Notes: generated from the sequence alone by a model not told the origin. Shown: positions 49,610-61,412, numbered from the stretch's first letter. The stretch is 64,000 nucleotides of DNA from Gammaproteobacteria bacterium (GCA_021773215.1 JAJFKM010000041.1:1099-65098); one strand, 5' to 3'. Numbers and translations are program-made.

Positions 49610-51871
49610 CTATTTTTTTTCTGTTGACTCGTGTTTAACCAGTTTATTTAGTTTATTACGCCATTTCCCTTCTTCTTGAAGGCCGATGTCTGATTCAACC
49701 AGCTTTGTCAGACCCATGTAATCTATTTTCCCTGTGCTCAGCAAAGGAATCTTATCAATAATCATAACCATTCTGGGGATAGCCAGCTCAGTGATTTGGT
49801 TATTTTTGGCAGCGATCTGCAATTGTTTTCGTTCTGCTTCTTTATTTTCCGTTACAAGAATTATTTTTTCTCCTTTACGTTCATCATGTACGGCAACAGC
49901 AGCATAATGAATGTTAGAAATAACTCTGTTATTAATAGGTATAGGCCAGGTTAGTGTCGCCAGTTCTTCAACAACGGATAGTGATACCATTTCACCGCCA
50001 ACTTTAGCAAAACGTTTTGCGCGTCCTAGTATTGTTATAAATCCTTCATCGTCTATATCGGCGATATCGCCAGTGTCATACCAACCAGCACCACGCTCAG
50101 TGGAAGGCGCTTGTACCTCGCCAGGTTTGTTATGCAATAAATAGCCTTGCATGACATTTGGACCTCTAACGACAAGAGAGCCGCCACGTTTTATACCCTC
50201 AACTGGTTTTAAATAACATTCCATGCCAGGTACAATTCGACCTACTGTCCCGGCCTTATTTAACATCTTATTATTTGACGAGATGACGGGGCTGGTTTCT
50301 GTCACACCATAACCTTGCAAAATTCGTATGCCATATTTATTCACCCATAATTGCGCAGTGTCATCATGTAATTTTTCAGCGCCTGCGACGACGTAATTTA
50401 AGGAATTAAAATCAAAAGGATCGGCATATCGTGCATACCCTTTAAAAAAAGTATTGGTGCCAAAAAATATAGTTGCGCGAAGTTCGTAGATTAACTCAGG
50501 TATAAACCGATAATGTAATGGCGTTGGATAGAGGAATACTTTTCCACCACCAATTAGAGGCATCAGAAATCCGGCATTAAGTCCAAACGAATGAAATAAG
50601 GGCAAACAATTAAATATAATGTCGTTTGAGGTGAAGTTGATGTAACAACGTACCTGAGAGTAATTGGATAAAATATTGCCGTGAGACAACACAACGCCTT
50701 TAGGATGACCTTCTGATCCGGAGGTAAACAGAATTACGGCTGCTGCATCAGGATTCGCGTTCAGGTTTTGTTTGGCATAATGCCTTGCTGGATTTCTACT
50801 CCTATACAATGCCAGTAGTTTCGTTGTTAATGTTATCTGGCTTCTTAAGTCTTCCAGATAAATCACGGTGAACTCATGTTCAAGTGCCTCTGCCAGGCTT
50901 TCAAGCTTGGCATTTTTAATGAAGCGCCTTGATGTGTAAATTATTTTAATTTGTGCAGTCTCGCAAGCACGTTTTACGGCAAGTGCGCCAGATGAAAAAT
51001 TCAACATCGCCGGAACACGACCTATAAATTGCAAGGCAAAGAAAAACACGGGCAAGGCATTAACATTAGGCATTAATACGCCGATGTGCTCACCTGCACG
51101 TGTTTGTTTTTTAATTAGACTGCTTAATAAGATGCTGCGCAGAATTAATTGTTTAAAGTTTAAGGTTTCTCGATTGATATCTTCTAAAATTTCCAGTTTA
51201 TTACCAAACCGATTGCGAGAATTAATCAAGGTTGAGTAGAGCGTTGTTCTTTGATTGATGCTTGAAAAAGTCAGCTTAAACATCAGGTCTTGTAGTTGTC
51301 TTGCGGTTGCTTTTCTGCGTTCATTTCCGACAAGTTCTGTAGAGGTAGTTATTTTTTCTGGCGGCAGGACTTTCATCGTGACTTTAGGAAACCAGAACAC
51401 ATGGCCTCGGCCTTTCATGTAAGACAGGCGACTGTATTGTGCCCCTTCAATTGCAATGGGAAGGATAGCTGCATTGCTTCTATCAGCGATTAACCCAGGT
51501 CCTTCATAAATTTTCATTAATGAGCCGGTTACGGTGATACGACCCTCAGGAAAGATGACTGCCTTTTTATCTTGCTTGAGATATTTGATCATGGATTTAA
51601 CAGCGAGAGGATTGAGCGCATCCATTTCAAACAGGTGCACGAAAAATAAAAACGGTTTAAATATGTTTTTAGCAGCTATCTGAGTATTTATTGCAAAGGT
51701 AGGCGTTTCTGGCAGCCAGGCGTAAAGCAGAACACCATCAAGCAGGGAGGTATGGTTAGCAACGATTAATACCCGATCCCCCGCCTTTTGATAATTTTCC
51801 ATACCACTGACTTCAACACGGTATAAAAGACGAAGCAATAGTCGGATAAGATATTTTGCCAGACGATTCAT
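49610..51871 (-). CDS. aas: bifunctional 2-acylglycerophosphoethanolamine acyltransferase / acyl-ACP synthetase (Aas-like)
   Basis: N-terminal PlsC-type acyltransferase motifs (HTSLLD, FPEGR). C-terminal AMP-binding domain (TSGSEGHPKGVVLSH, YGVTE). 753 aa. Confidence 0.85.
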   Translation of the reverse strand: MNRLAKYLIRLLLRLLYRVEVSGMENYQKAGDRVLIVANHTSLLDGVLLYAWLPETPTFAINTQIAAKNIFKPFLFFVHLFEMDALNPLAVKSMIKYLKQDKKAVIFPEGRITVTGSLMKIYEGPGLIADRSNAAILPIAIEGAQYSRLSYMKGRGHVFWFPKVTMKVLPPEKITTSTELVGNERRKATARQLQDLMFKLTFSSINQRTTLYSTLINSRNRFGNKLEILEDINRETLNFKQLILRSILLSSLIKKQTRAGEHIGVLMPNVNALPVFFFALQFIGRVPAMLNFSSGALAVKRACETAQIKIIYTSRRFIKNAKLESLAEALEHEFTVIYLEDLRSQITLTTKLLALYRSRNPARHYAKQNLNANPDAAAVILFTSGSEGHPKGVVLSHGNILSNYSQVRCYINFTSNDIIFNCLPLFHSFGLNAGFLMPLIGGGKVFLYPTPLHYRFIPELIYELRATIFFGTNTFFKGYARYADPFDFNSLNYVVAGAEKLHDDTAQLWVNKYGIRILQGYGVTETSPVISSNNKMLNKAGTVGRIVPGMECYLKPVEGIKRGGSLVVRGPNVMQGYLLHNKPGEVQAPSTERGAGWYDTGDIADIDDEGFITILGRAKRFAKVGGEMVSLSVVEELATLTWPIPINNRVISNIHYAAVAVHDERKGEKIILVTENKEAERKQLQIAAKNNQITELAIPRMVMIIDKIPLLSTGKIDYMGLTKLVESDIGLQEEGKWRNKLNKLVKHESTEKK

Positions 51872-51971
51872 AAAGGCTATTGTACGTATAAAAGTGATAC
51901 GACTAAAAGCTCCAATATGGAAACGCGTGAGAATTGTGGAAAAATTGGACGGTATTTAGGAAATTATACTT

Positions 51972-53609
51972 CTAGGCACCAGCAACTGTTTGTTGAACGA
52001 TTAAGCTCTGGCCGGGTTGCAGGTGCTTTCCTTTCTTTATTTTATTCCACTTGAGTAAATCTTTAACGTGGATATCAAATTTCCTTGCGATCAACCACAA
52101 TGAATCTCCACGTTTTACTATATAAGCACCGCCTAACGATTTTTTCGCAACGGTTTTAATTAAACTGCCATCCTTCTTGTTTTCATTTTGCTTAGCCCAG
52201 ACAGTCAGTTTTTGTCCGGGTTTCAAAAGACTCTTTTTTGAAATACCATTCCATTGTGTGAGTTGACTGACGCTAATACCGTAGTGACGACCAATATCCC
52301 AGAGATTGTCACCACGCTTCACTGAATAAATATAGCGTTTACCATCACCTGTTTTTTTAAGGCCTTTAAATTTTCTGGCATCGGCACTTAAGGTGTAAAA
52401 TTTACTCTTTTCCTTTGCGGTAGGAATTAATAAAGAACGACCTGCGCGTATTTTGCTGTTTTTCAGTCGATTAACACTCTTTAGTGCACTGACGCTGGTT
52501 TGATAGCGAGCAGCAATTTTACCGAGCGATTCACCTTCACGAATATTGTGTTGCTTCCAGGTAATGCGTTCCGTTTTTGGCAATGTTGCCAACTTTTGCT
52601 TAAAAGCATCAGCTTTATCTAATGGTATCAGTAAACGATGCGGTCCTTTTGGGTCTGTTGCCCAACGATTGAAACCCGGATTCAGCGTGTAAACTTCATC
52701 CATGGTCAAACCAGATAATTTGGCGACAGTCGCTAGATCAATCTGACTACCAACATCAATTTTTTCAAAGTGCGGCTTATTTGGAATGGTCTTGAAGCTA
52801 ATATTGTATTTAGCATTATTTCTTAGGACTTCAGCTACAGCTAAAAGACTGGGCACATAACTTCGTGTCTCACGGGGTAGACGTAATGACCAGAAATCAA
52901 TTCTCTTACCGGCTTTCTTGTTTCTTCTGATAGCACGTTCGACTCTACCTTCACCCGAATTATACGCAGCAAGGGCATGAAGCCAGTTGCCGTCGAAACG
53001 TTTGTGTAAATCTTGCAAATAATCCAAGGCGCCATCGGTTGCTGCAATAATGTCGCGACGACCGTCGTACCACCAATTTTGTTTCATACCAAAGCGCTTA
53101 CCGGTTGCCGGTATAAACTGCCAGATACCAGAGGCACGACTGGGAGAATAGGCAAATGGTTGGTAGGCACTTTCTACGATGGGCAGAAGTGCTAAATCAA
53201 GCGGCATGTTACGTTCTTTTAATTTCGATATGATATGAAACAAGTAAGGCTGCGCGCGATCTGAAACACGGTCCATATAGTCTTGATTACGAGCAAACCA
53301 GGCGATTTTATCCTTAACACTGCGTTGGTTTATATTGCTATCAAATTGCAGGTCATCTTTGATTAAAAACCAGAGATTAGTATGGTCTTTTTTATGAGCG
53401 ACCGAATTTTCGAGGTCATTCTCAACATTGATCTCTGAACTGCTTACCTCTGGCTTATGATCGGCTAGATTTTTTGCCGTCAGTGTTAGTGTCTGGCTCT
53501 TATCTGCGGTCGGTGCGGGGTCTACTGAATCGGGTCGGGTAGAACTGAGGTTACAAGCGCTGATTATTAGTGGTACTAAGCAAATAATTGCTTTACGTAT
53601 CATATGCAT
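51972..53609 (-). CDS. mltD: membrane-bound lytic murein transglycosylase D with three C-terminal LysM domains
   Basis: Lipoprotein signal (LIISAC). SLT catalytic region ...ESAYQPFAYSPSRASGIWQF. Three LysM repeats (Y.V..GD.L..IA..Y). Confidence 0.85.
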   Translation of the reverse strand: MHMIRKAIICLVPLIISACNLSSTRPDSVDPAPTADKSQTLTLTAKNLADHKPEVSSSEINVENDLENSVAHKKDHTNLWFLIKDDLQFDSNINQRSVKDKIAWFARNQDYMDRVSDRAQPYLFHIISKLKERNMPLDLALLPIVESAYQPFAYSPSRASGIWQFIPATGKRFGMKQNWWYDGRRDIIAATDGALDYLQDLHKRFDGNWLHALAAYNSGEGRVERAIRRNKKAGKRIDFWSLRLPRETRSYVPSLLAVAEVLRNNAKYNISFKTIPNKPHFEKIDVGSQIDLATVAKLSGLTMDEVYTLNPGFNRWATDPKGPHRLLIPLDKADAFKQKLATLPKTERITWKQHNIREGESLGKIAARYQTSVSALKSVNRLKNSKIRAGRSLLIPTAKEKSKFYTLSADARKFKGLKKTGDGKRYIYSVKRGDNLWDIGRHYGISVSQLTQWNGISKKSLLKPGQKLTVWAKQNENKKDGSLIKTVAKKSLGGAYIVKRGDSLWLIARKFDIHVKDLLKWNKIKKGKHLQPGQSLIVQQTVAGA

Positions 53610-53684
53610 GGCCGAATGCTAGGCACAGGATGCGTTTGGGTCAAGTACTAATTCTCAGATAAAAAAATATTTTTTAGGAACCAA

Positions 53685-54455
53685 TTAAAAATTGTCCTTC
53701 CACTGCCGTACTACAGCAAAAACATCAGCAGCATCATTCAGGGTTTTACCCGAAAATTGACTGGCTGCTGAGATGACGCCACGCTCGTCACAACGCAAAA
53801 ATGGATTTGTTTTTTTCTCTTCTGCCAAAGTAGCGGGTACGGTCGACTGGTCTAAGTTTCTGGCTGCTTCAGTAAGCTTCAAGCGTTTTTGAATCGCCTT
53901 ATTTTCGGGTTCGACGCTAGCAGCAAATTTGAGATTCCCCACAGTATATTCGTGCCCACAATAGAGTAATGTACTATCAGGCAAGGCCTTAAATTTTGAT
54001 AAGGAGGCGTGCATTTGTGGCGGTGTGCCTTCAAACATGCGCCCACAACCGGCGGTAAAGAGCGTGTCACCACTAAACACCATATCATCAGTGTAATAGG
54101 CAATTGCGCCAGAGGTATGTCCAGGCACATCTATAATTTCCAGATTCAGAGCCAATTCAGGCAGATATACAACATCACCTTCGCCAACTGGGTTTGTACT
54201 GCCGGTGACTGTCTCTGTCTTCGGCGTATAGACCGGGATATCGAATTGCTCAGTAATTCCGGGAATACCACCGACATGATCCCAATGGTGATGCGTGATC
54301 ATGATGGCTATCGGTATCAAACCTTCAGATTTAATCAGCTCCAACACTGGATCCGCCTCACTGGGGTCGACAATAGCAACGTGTCGGCTTATCTTGTTTT
54401 TCAACAACCAGATATAGTTATCCTTTAGTGCTGGTAGGGGTATGATCTCTAGCAT
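53685..54455 (-). CDS. gloB: hydroxyacylglutathione hydrolase (glyoxalase II)
   Basis: Metallo-beta-lactamase motif HHHWDHVGG, the GHT region, and the C-terminal HAGB domain. 256 aa. Confidence 0.85.
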   Translation of the reverse strand: MLEIIPLPALKDNYIWLLKNKISRHVAIVDPSEADPVLELIKSEGLIPIAIMITHHHWDHVGGIPGITEQFDIPVYTPKTETVTGSTNPVGEGDVVYLPELALNLEIIDVPGHTSGAIAYYTDDMVFSGDTLFTAGCGRMFEGTPPQMHASLSKFKALPDSTLLYCGHEYTVGNLKFAASVEPENKAIQKRLKLTEAARNLDQSTVPATLAEEKKTNPFLRCDERGVISAASQFSGKTLNDAADVFAVVRQWKDNF

Positions 54456-54501
54456 GATGCTATCTATAGTCCGAGTCAGTTTAATTTAAAGTAGGGTATG
54501 T

Positions 54502-55272
54502 TTGTCATTCATGAGTTCTGATAATACAAAGACATTATCATTAAGAGAAAAATTCTCAAGCTGGTTTGATGGGCCACTGGGTCGAGCGACCTATACCGCA
54601 GAGATAGAACAGTTAGAAGATATCCTCCCGGGTTTGTTTGGTTATCATATTTTGCAGTATGGCTACTCGGCGGAATCAAACTATTTGTCAGCATCTCGTA
54701 TTACGAATAAAACGATCCTGTTTCTGGATGATACGGAATTAAATAATCGTGTAACGGCAATACATAGCAGTGCGGAAGAATTACCTATCGCTATGGATAG
54801 CATTGATGTAATCGTCTTACCGCACATTCTTGAATATTCAAGAGATGCGCATAAGTTATTGCGAGAAATGGAACGAGTCCTTATTGGTGATGGACATGTC
54901 GTTATAATAGGTATCAATCCATTGAGTCTTTGGGGGCTTTGGCATTTGTTTAAATGCTGGTGGGGTGAAATGCCCTGGAGCGGCCAGTTGATTTCCATCC
55001 CAAGATTAAAAGATTGGTTGTCGTTATTAGATTTTGAAGTAGAAAAGATCAATGGTTTTTTCTTTTCACCACCGTTAAATAATCAAAATTTGTTAAAGAA
55101 ATTAATGCCGCTAGAACGATTGGGTCGTTATTGTTGGCCAATTTTTGGTGGTTTGTATGTTGTCGTTGCCAAAAAGCGCACCGTGCCCTTAAATCCGATC
55201 AAGATGCAATGGCGTGCTAAACGAAATATGATTGGGCCAGGAGTTATAGAACCCACAACACGAAACCGATAA
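54502..55272 (+). CDS. YafS-like class I SAM-dependent methyltransferase
   Basis: Methyltransferase fold pattern, and position between gloB and rnhA as in E. coli (mltD-gloB-yafS-rnhA-dnaQ). Confidence 0.65.
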   Translation: MSFMSSDNTKTLSLREKFSSWFDGPLGRATYTAEIEQLEDILPGLFGYHILQYGYSAESNYLSASRITNKTILFLDDTELNNRVTAIHSSAEELPIAMDSIDVIVLPHILEYSRDAHKLLREMERVLIGDGHVVIIGINPLSLWGLWHLFKCWWGEMPWSGQLISIPRLKDWLSLLDFEVEKINGFFFSPPLNNQNLLKKLMPLERLGRYCWPIFGGLYVVVAKKRTVPLNPIKMQWRAKRNMIGPGVIEPTTRNR

Positions 55273-55289
55273 GGCAATCTTAAATTATT

Positions 55290-55742
55290 ATGAGTGAAAC
55301 AATACACATTTTTTCTGATGGCGCCTGCCGAGGTAACCCTGGGCCGGGCGGTTGGGGAACCTTATTAAAATATAACAGTACTGAAAAAGAACTCTATGCT
55401 GCTGAAACAGAAACCACCAACAATCGTATGGAGTTAATGGGTGCGATTATGGGACTCGAAGCATTAAAAGGTGAATGTGATGTCGTACTTACCACAGACT
55501 CCCAATATGTAATGAAGGGTATTACCGAATGGATGGACGGTTGGAAGAGTCGAGGCTGGAAAACAGCAGCCAAGAAGCCAGTAAAGAACAAAGATCTTTG
55601 GTTGCGACTGGATGAAGCCTGCGCACCTCATCAAATAAAATGGGTATGGGTCAAAGGTCACAGTGGCCATGATGAAAATGAAAGAGTCGATCAATTGGCA
55701 AATAAGGCCATCGATGAGATGTTTGCTGGTAGCACTTCATGA
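55290..55742 (+). CDS. rnhA: ribonuclease HI
   Basis: [17 protein letters not shown]...[10 protein letters not shown]...TDSQYV...[15 protein letters not shown] shows the DEDD catalytic residues. Confidence 0.9.
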   Translation: MSETIHIFSDGACRGNPGPGGWGTLLKYNSTEKELYAAETETTNNRMELMGAIMGLEALKGECDVVLTTDSQYVMKGITEWMDGWKSRGWKTAAKKPVKNKDLWLRLDEACAPHQIKWVWVKGHSGHDENERVDQLANKAIDEMFAGSTS

Positions 55743-56455
55743 GACAGATTGTCCTCGATACTGAAACCACCGGACTAGAACCCAAACAAGGGCATCGTAT
55801 TATCGAAATAGGTTGTGTTGAGATCGTTAATCGACGCAAAACAGATAGGCACTTCCATCAATATCTAAATCCCGATAGAGAGATCGATGATGGTGCATTC
55901 AATGTGCACGGCATCGGCAATGAATTTCTCGCAGACAAACCACGTTTTGCTGATATAGCTCAAGAATTCATCGACTTTATTCGCGATAGCGAACTCATAA
56001 TTCACAACGCACCATTTGATGTTGGTTTTTTAAATGCTGAATTAAAAAAACTTGGTAGAAAATGGGGCAAGACAGAAGACTACTGTTCCGTTGTTGATAC
56101 CTTAATGATGGCGCGTGAAAAGCATCCCGGCCAAAAGAATAATCTCGATGCTTTATGTAAACGTTATGAAATAGATAATACAGAGCGCGATTTACACGGC
56201 GCACTGCTCGACGCGCGGATACTGCTAGATGTGTATCTAATAATGACCGGTGGTCAAGAGACCTTGAGTTTTGATTCTTCACAAGAGCAACAGGCTGCCG
56301 AACAGACTAAAGCAAGAATTGTAGACGTCAATCGTAAACCATTACGTGTCATTGAAGCAACTGCAGAAGAACTTGTTGAACATGAAAAATATCTGGAAAG
56401 GATCAAGGAAGATAGCGGCGGCAAGTGCGTATGGATTGATAGTGGTTATGATTAA
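55739..56455 (+). CDS. dnaQ: DNA polymerase III epsilon (proofreading exonuclease) subunit
   Basis: Exo I VLDTETTG, Exo II, and Exo [22 protein letters not shown] overlap with rnhA. Confidence 0.9.
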   Translation: MRQIVLDTETTGLEPKQGHRIIEIGCVEIVNRRKTDRHFHQYLNPDREIDDGAFNVHGIGNEFLADKPRFADIAQEFIDFIRDSELIIHNAPFDVGFLNAELKKLGRKWGKTEDYCSVVDTLMMAREKHPGQKNNLDALCKRYEIDNTERDLHGALLDARILLDVYLIMTGGQETLSFDSSQEQQAAEQTKARIVDVNRKPLRVIEATAEELVEHEKYLERIKEDSGGKCVWIDSGYD

Positions 56456-56502
56456 TATTCTCTATGCATTTTTGATGTAATCAAAAAGATTTTCAGCAGA
56501 GC

Positions 56503-57225
56503 ATGCCACACAAAAAATATTTTCTAATACTCTCGCTTCTATTTTTTATTGAATTTCTAATTCTCGCTATATCACCGCATGATCGGTCAGATTGGACATT
56601 GGAAAATGTTTTAGTACTGGTGTTTGTCATTGTTATGGCGGCAATCTATAAAAAATTTACCTTCTCAAGAATATCCTACAGCATGATTTTTATATTCATG
56701 TGTCTGCACGAAATAGGGGCGCATTACACCTATGCCAGAGTCCCTTATGATTCGTTTTTAATATTACATTTTAATTTTAGCCTAAACGAGATGATGGGAT
56801 GGGATAGAAATCATTTCGATCGCTTGGTGCATTTTCTTTATGGATTATTAATGGCCTATCCTTTCAGAGAAATCTATTGCCGTATTGCCTATGGTAAAGG
56901 TTTTTGGGGTTATTTCTTTCCCTTACTATTCACTATCGCCGCTTCAGTGATATTCGAATTATTTGAATGGGCAGCAGCAGAGGTATTTGGTGGCGATCTG
57001 GGTGTAGCCTATCTAGGCACACAGGGCGATATTTGGGATGCACAAAAGGATATGGCATTAGCAAGTCTGGGTGCATTTATTGCGATGCTGATCGTCATTG
57101 GTATTCACCTGTGGCTACAGAAAAGTTTTGCTAAAGAATGGAAAGATAGTTTGCGTATTAAACGGAAGAAACCCATGGGGGAGGATGAGATTGCTCGTTT
57201 ACTAGATGAGCAGAATAAGAAATAA
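56503..57225 (+). CDS. integral membrane protein (YjdF/DUF2238-like)
   Basis: 240 aa with about 6 TM helices. Weak family call. Confidence 0.45.
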   Translation: MPHKKYFLILSLLFFIEFLILAISPHDRSDWTLENVLVLVFVIVMAAIYKKFTFSRISYSMIFIFMCLHEIGAHYTYARVPYDSFLILHFNFSLNEMMGWDRNHFDRLVHFLYGLLMAYPFREIYCRIAYGKGFWGYFFPLLFTIAASVIFELFEWAAAEVFGGDLGVAYLGTQGDIWDAQKDMALASLGAFIAMLIVIGIHLWLQKSFAKEWKDSLRIKRKKPMGEDEIARLLDEQNKK

Positions 57226-57272
57226 ATGCATAATTCACTTGGCCAATCAATTCATATGCTAATCTTTAAAAT

Positions 57273-57851
57273 ATGAAACGTACCAATCTTAATTTTATTA
57301 TCGACACAGTCGCATTTATTGGATTTGTCTTATTGACGACAACCGGTGTACTAATGAGATATGTACTACCTCCCGGCAGCGGAAGTGATTCAACCATCTG
57401 GGGGCTTGACCGACACGAATGGGGAGGCGTTCATTTCTGGATTTCTGTTATCTTTTTTTCAATACTCGCACTTCACCTAGTTTTGCACTGGCGCTGGATT
57501 GCGAATGTTGTTTGTGGTCAGCACCAAAAAGCCTCAGGCTTTCGAGCCGGATTAGGGATAGTTGGACTTATCACTGTAATTGCACTTGCTATATCACCAT
57601 TACTCAGCCCGGTAGAAATACAAAGCAAAGAATTACCATCATTTTCAAGTCATAAGTCAAAGAACAAAATTATAAATGGTTCAATGACATTAAAAGATGT
57701 AGAAGAGGCAACAGGTGTTCCTGCTAGTTATGTTATCGAATCTTTGGGATTGCTGAAGTCGACATCAGTAAATGAGAAATTAGGCTCGTTTAAAAAGAAA
57801 CAGGGTATTGAAGTGGAAGATGTCAGAGCTATTGTTATTGGGTATAAATAG
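57273..57851 (+). CDS. integral membrane protein, unknown function
   Basis: 192 aa with three or four TM helices and conserved His/Trp in loops (HEWGGVHFWISV...HLVLHWRW). Confidence 0.4.
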   Translation: MKRTNLNFIIDTVAFIGFVLLTTTGVLMRYVLPPGSGSDSTIWGLDRHEWGGVHFWISVIFFSILALHLVLHWRWIANVVCGQHQKASGFRAGLGIVGLITVIALAISPLLSPVEIQSKELPSFSSHKSKNKIINGSMTLKDVEEATGVPASYVIESLGLLKSTSVNEKLGSFKKKQGIEVEDVRAIVIGYK

Positions 57852-57932
57852 AGATAGTTTTTAATATTAAAAAGAAAATAAGAAATAACTGAGAGTAGTA
57901 ATTTAAATTACTACTCTCAATCTAAAATACTA

Positions 57933-58250
57933 TTAACTACCTACTGCCTCTTTTGTCATTTTTTGCAATTCGCCTTTTTCATGTAAATCCATAACGATAT
58001 CGCAGCCGCCTACTAACTCACCGTTGATGAAGACTTGTGGGAATGTGGGCCAGTTTGAATATTGTGGCAGGTTGGCGCGCATTTCAGGTTGTGCCAGTAC
58101 GTCGACGAAACCGAATTCGACATCACATTCTTTTAGTGCTTGAACGGTTTTCATTGAAAAGCCGCATTGTGGAAAGTCGGGTGATCCTTTCATGAAAAGG
58201 ACGACGGGGTTTTCTGCTAGTTTCGCTTTAATTTGTTCCATTGGTTCCAT
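57933..58250 (-). CDS. grxD: Grx4-family monothiol glutaredoxin
   Basis: CGFS active site (PQCGFSMKTVQAL). 105 aa. Confidence 0.9.
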   Translation of the reverse strand: MEPMEQIKAKLAENPVVLFMKGSPDFPQCGFSMKTVQALKECDVEFGFVDVLAQPEMRANLPQYSNWPTFPQVFINGELVGGCDIVMDLHEKGELQKMTKEAVGS

Positions 58251-58584
58251 TACATTTACCTCGGGTTAGTAGCTTGTTTTACTTTGTGGCGGATTATACG
58301 CGAAAGAGACAAGCAATCACCAATTGTTGGTGTGCTTGTATTAGTCAATTTAAATGTGGGCGATATTGTCGATTTCAAGTAGCAGTATTTTTCTGCAAAT
58401 CCTTGTTTTAGCTGGAAATGCCCGTTTATGCCTTGTTTTGACTCCTGATAGTGCATATTCCTGTCCCTTAGCGTTTTTCTGCTGTGAAAGGGGTGGAAGC
58501 GGATACTGACATCAGTATAATCCTAGCCAACATTTTACTGTGTCATTAAGAAACACTTAATTTTCTATCCGGGGAGTATTTAGT

Positions 58585-59172
58585 ATGAATCCACTCAAGT
58601 CAGTGCATGGCACGTTAGCGCTTGGTTTTATAATAGCTATAGTTGTTATGTTTTTGGTTGGCGGCAAGCCTGAGTTCAACTTATTGTCTTTAACGGTCTG
58701 GTTACATGTCTTTTTTGGCGTTATCTGGATTGGTCTGCTTTATTACTTCAATTTCGTACAAGTCCCTGCGGTTGGTGTGGCTTTAGCTGATGAGGGCGGT
58801 CCTGGTCCTGCGGCAATTAATAAGTATGTCGCTCCGCGTGCGTTGTGGTGGTTTCGTTGGGGCGCATTAGGTACTTGGTTAACTGGGGCATCTGCACTGG
58901 AATCATTGGGTGTTGGTATTAAGAATGCTTTCTTGTTGCAAGAAGGTGGTTTGGTTATTGGTTTAGGTGCCTGGATGGGCACAATCATGCTCTTCAATGT
59001 TTGGGTATTGATCTGGCCGAACCAGAAGAAAATTCTAGGTATTGTTGAAGCCACTGCCGATGAGATTGCTAAAGGTAAATTTGTCGCACTAATGGCATCA
59101 CGTACAAATACTTTTCTCTCTATTCCAATGTTGATGTGCATGGTGGGTTTTGGACATGGTCTGCCTTTATAG
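58585..59172 (+). CDS. integral membrane protein, possibly HemJ/UPF0093-like
   Basis: 195 aa with about 5 TM helices. WLHVFFGVIWIGLLYYFNFVQV resembles the HemJ FH..(V/I)..W..GL.YL motif. Low-confidence family call. Confidence 0.4.
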   Translation: MNPLKSVHGTLALGFIIAIVVMFLVGGKPEFNLLSLTVWLHVFFGVIWIGLLYYFNFVQVPAVGVALADEGGPGPAAINKYVAPRALWWFRWGALGTWLTGASALESLGVGIKNAFLLQEGGLVIGLGAWMGTIMLFNVWVLIWPNQKKILGIVEATADEIAKGKFVALMASRTNTFLSIPMLMCMVGFGHGLPL

Positions 59173-59268
59173 TAATTAGTTTTTAATTTATGTGTTTGAG
59201 CCCGGCTCATGGCCGGGCTTGTTATTTATGGAGCCGAGTAAATATCGGTATGTTTGGAATTTAGGTCT

Positions 59269-60441
59269 ATGAGCAGTGCGTTAATGTCAAATTATCAGCC
59301 GTTGTCGATTGAGTTTATAAAAGGGTCAGGTATCTGGCTTATGGATGCTCGAGGTGAACGTTATCTAGATGCGCTCAGTGGAATAGCTGTTTGTGGTTTA
59401 GGGCATGCGCATCCTGCTGTGCAAGAGGCTATTGCCGATCAAGCGGCTAATTTAATCCATACCTCAAATCTATATCGTATCCCTTTACAAGAAAAGCTGG
59501 CTGAAAAACTGGTGCAACACTCTGGTATGGAGAAGGTCTTTTTTGGTAACTCTGGTGCTGAAGCCAATGAAGCTGCAATCAAGTTGGCAAGATTGTACGC
59601 GAGCAATAAGAAAATTTCTGACCCGGTCATCGTGGTGATGGAGAAAAGTTTTCACGGACGCACTATGGCAACGCTAAGTGCAACGGGAAATGCAAAAGTA
59701 CATAAAGGCTTTGATCCTTTGGTTGAAGGTTTTAAACATATTCCCTATAACGATATAGATGTCTTAAACGCACTTGCGAACGAGAATCTTAATATTGTCG
59801 CTGTGATGGTCGAGCCGATACTGGGTGAGGGTGGTGTTGTTATCCCTGACGCAGGATATTTGAAAGCGATAAGAACATTCTGCGATCAATACGATTGTTT
59901 GATGATGGTTGATGAGATACAAACCGGGATGTGCCGAACAGGGAAATGGTTTGCCTTTCAACATGAAGATGTCATGCCAGACGTTATGACCTTGGCGAAG
60001 GCCTTGGGTAATGGCGTTCCCATAGGCGCCTGTCTTGCAAGAGGTGAAGCGGCAAACTTATTTCAACCAGGCAGTCATGGCTCTACCTTTGGTGGAAACC
60101 CATTAGCCTCCAGAGCTGCGTTAGCGGTGATTGATGTTCTAGAAAAAGATGAACTGGCACAACGTGCAGAAGTGCTTGGAAATCGAATATTAGATGGCTT
60201 TAAACAGACGTTAGCGGATGTCCAAGGCATAAAAGAAATTCGTGGTTCTGGTTTAATGTTGGGGATTGAATTAGATCAAGATGCGCCTGATTTGGTTGGG
60301 TTGGCATTAAAAGAAAAAATATTGATCAATGTAACTGCGGGCAATGTTATTCGCTTATTACCACCGTTAGTGATGACTGATTCTGAAGCAGATCAAATTG
60401 TTGCTATCTTAAGTATTTTACTCAAAGCCTATCTGGAATGA
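59269..60441 (+). CDS. argD: acetylornithine/succinylornithine aminotransferase (class III PLP)
   Basis: [40 protein letters not shown] (PLP Lys). Start is taken at the ATG within the TTG-initiated track ORF. Confidence 0.85.
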   Translation: MSSALMSNYQPLSIEFIKGSGIWLMDARGERYLDALSGIAVCGLGHAHPAVQEAIADQAANLIHTSNLYRIPLQEKLAEKLVQHSGMEKVFFGNSGAEANEAAIKLARLYASNKKISDPVIVVMEKSFHGRTMATLSATGNAKVHKGFDPLVEGFKHIPYNDIDVLNALANENLNIVAVMVEPILGEGGVVIPDAGYLKAIRTFCDQYDCLMMVDEIQTGMCRTGKWFAFQHEDVMPDVMTLAKALGNGVPIGACLARGEAANLFQPGSHGSTFGGNPLASRAALAVIDVLEKDELAQRAEVLGNRILDGFKQTLADVQGIKEIRGSGLMLGIELDQDAPDLVGLALKEKILINVTAGNVIRLLPPLVMTDSEADQIVAILSILLKAYLE

Positions 60442-60451
60442 AGGTAAGATT

Positions 60452-61354
60452 ATGAAACCAAAACATTTTTTGACGCTAAATAGTTTAACTCGAGAGGAGT
60501 TATTATCGATCATCAATCGTGCGTCTGTATTAAAAAGGCAGTTTGAAGAAAAAAACTACGATACAACGTTGAATAATCGTGTTCTGGGAATGATCTTTGA
60601 GAAATCGTCTACGCGTACACGTGTTTCATTTGAAGCCGGTATGGCGCAATTAGGAGGTCATGCCATCTATCTTTCTCCAACAGGCTCTCAAATCGGTCGT
60701 GGTGAACCGATAGAAGATACAGCACGTGTTTTATCAAGAATGGTTGATTGCATTATGTTAAGAACATTTGAGCATGAACGACTTGAAGCGTTTGCTTCTT
60801 ATTCTGATGTGCCGGTCATTAATGGTTTGTCTGATAGTTTCCATCCGTGTCAGTTGTTGGCAGATCTATTGACCTACTATGAAAAACGCGGCTCTATTGA
60901 AGATAAAAAGGTCGTTTGGCTAGGTGATGGCAATAATATGTGCCATTCCTATATGAATGCGGCAAAGATATTCAACTTTCAGTTAATCGTAGCTTGTCCT
61001 GAAGACTATGAGCCTGATGCCGGTTTATTAGAATCCACAAATGAATTTGTTTCGATAGAACGTGAACCAATGACCGCTGTTAAGAATGCGGATCTAGTGG
61101 TGACTGATGTTTGGGCCAGCATGGGACAAGAAGAAGAACAGAATGAAAGAATAGAACAATTCGCACCTTATCAGGTTAATACTGATCTAATGGAATGTGC
61201 GAATGGCGATGCCTTGTTTATGCATTGTTTACCTGCACACCGAGGCGAAGAAGTTTCTGCAGCTGTTTTGGAAGGACCCCAAAGCGTTGTTTGGGAGGAG
61301 GCGGGCAATCGTCTGCACTCACAAAAGGCTTTATTGGAATTTTTGCTCTGTTAG
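60452..61354 (+). CDS. argF: ornithine carbamoyltransferase
   Basis: STRTRVSFE carbamoyl-phosphate motif and HCLP(AHRGEE) ornithine-binding motif. 300 aa. Confidence 0.9.
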   Translation: MKPKHFLTLNSLTREELLSIINRASVLKRQFEEKNYDTTLNNRVLGMIFEKSSTRTRVSFEAGMAQLGGHAIYLSPTGSQIGRGEPIEDTARVLSRMVDCIMLRTFEHERLEAFASYSDVPVINGLSDSFHPCQLLADLLTYYEKRGSIEDKKVVWLGDGNNMCHSYMNAAKIFNFQLIVACPEDYEPDAGLLESTNEFVSIEREPMTAVKNADLVVTDVWASMGQEEEQNERIEQFAPYQVNTDLMECANGDALFMHCLPAHRGEEVSAAVLEGPQSVVWEEAGNRLHSQKALLEFLLC

Positions 61355-61412
61355 TTTTGAACATCATCCTGACAATCTCTCATTCTATTTTTTTTAATAA
61401 TAGTCTCTATTA

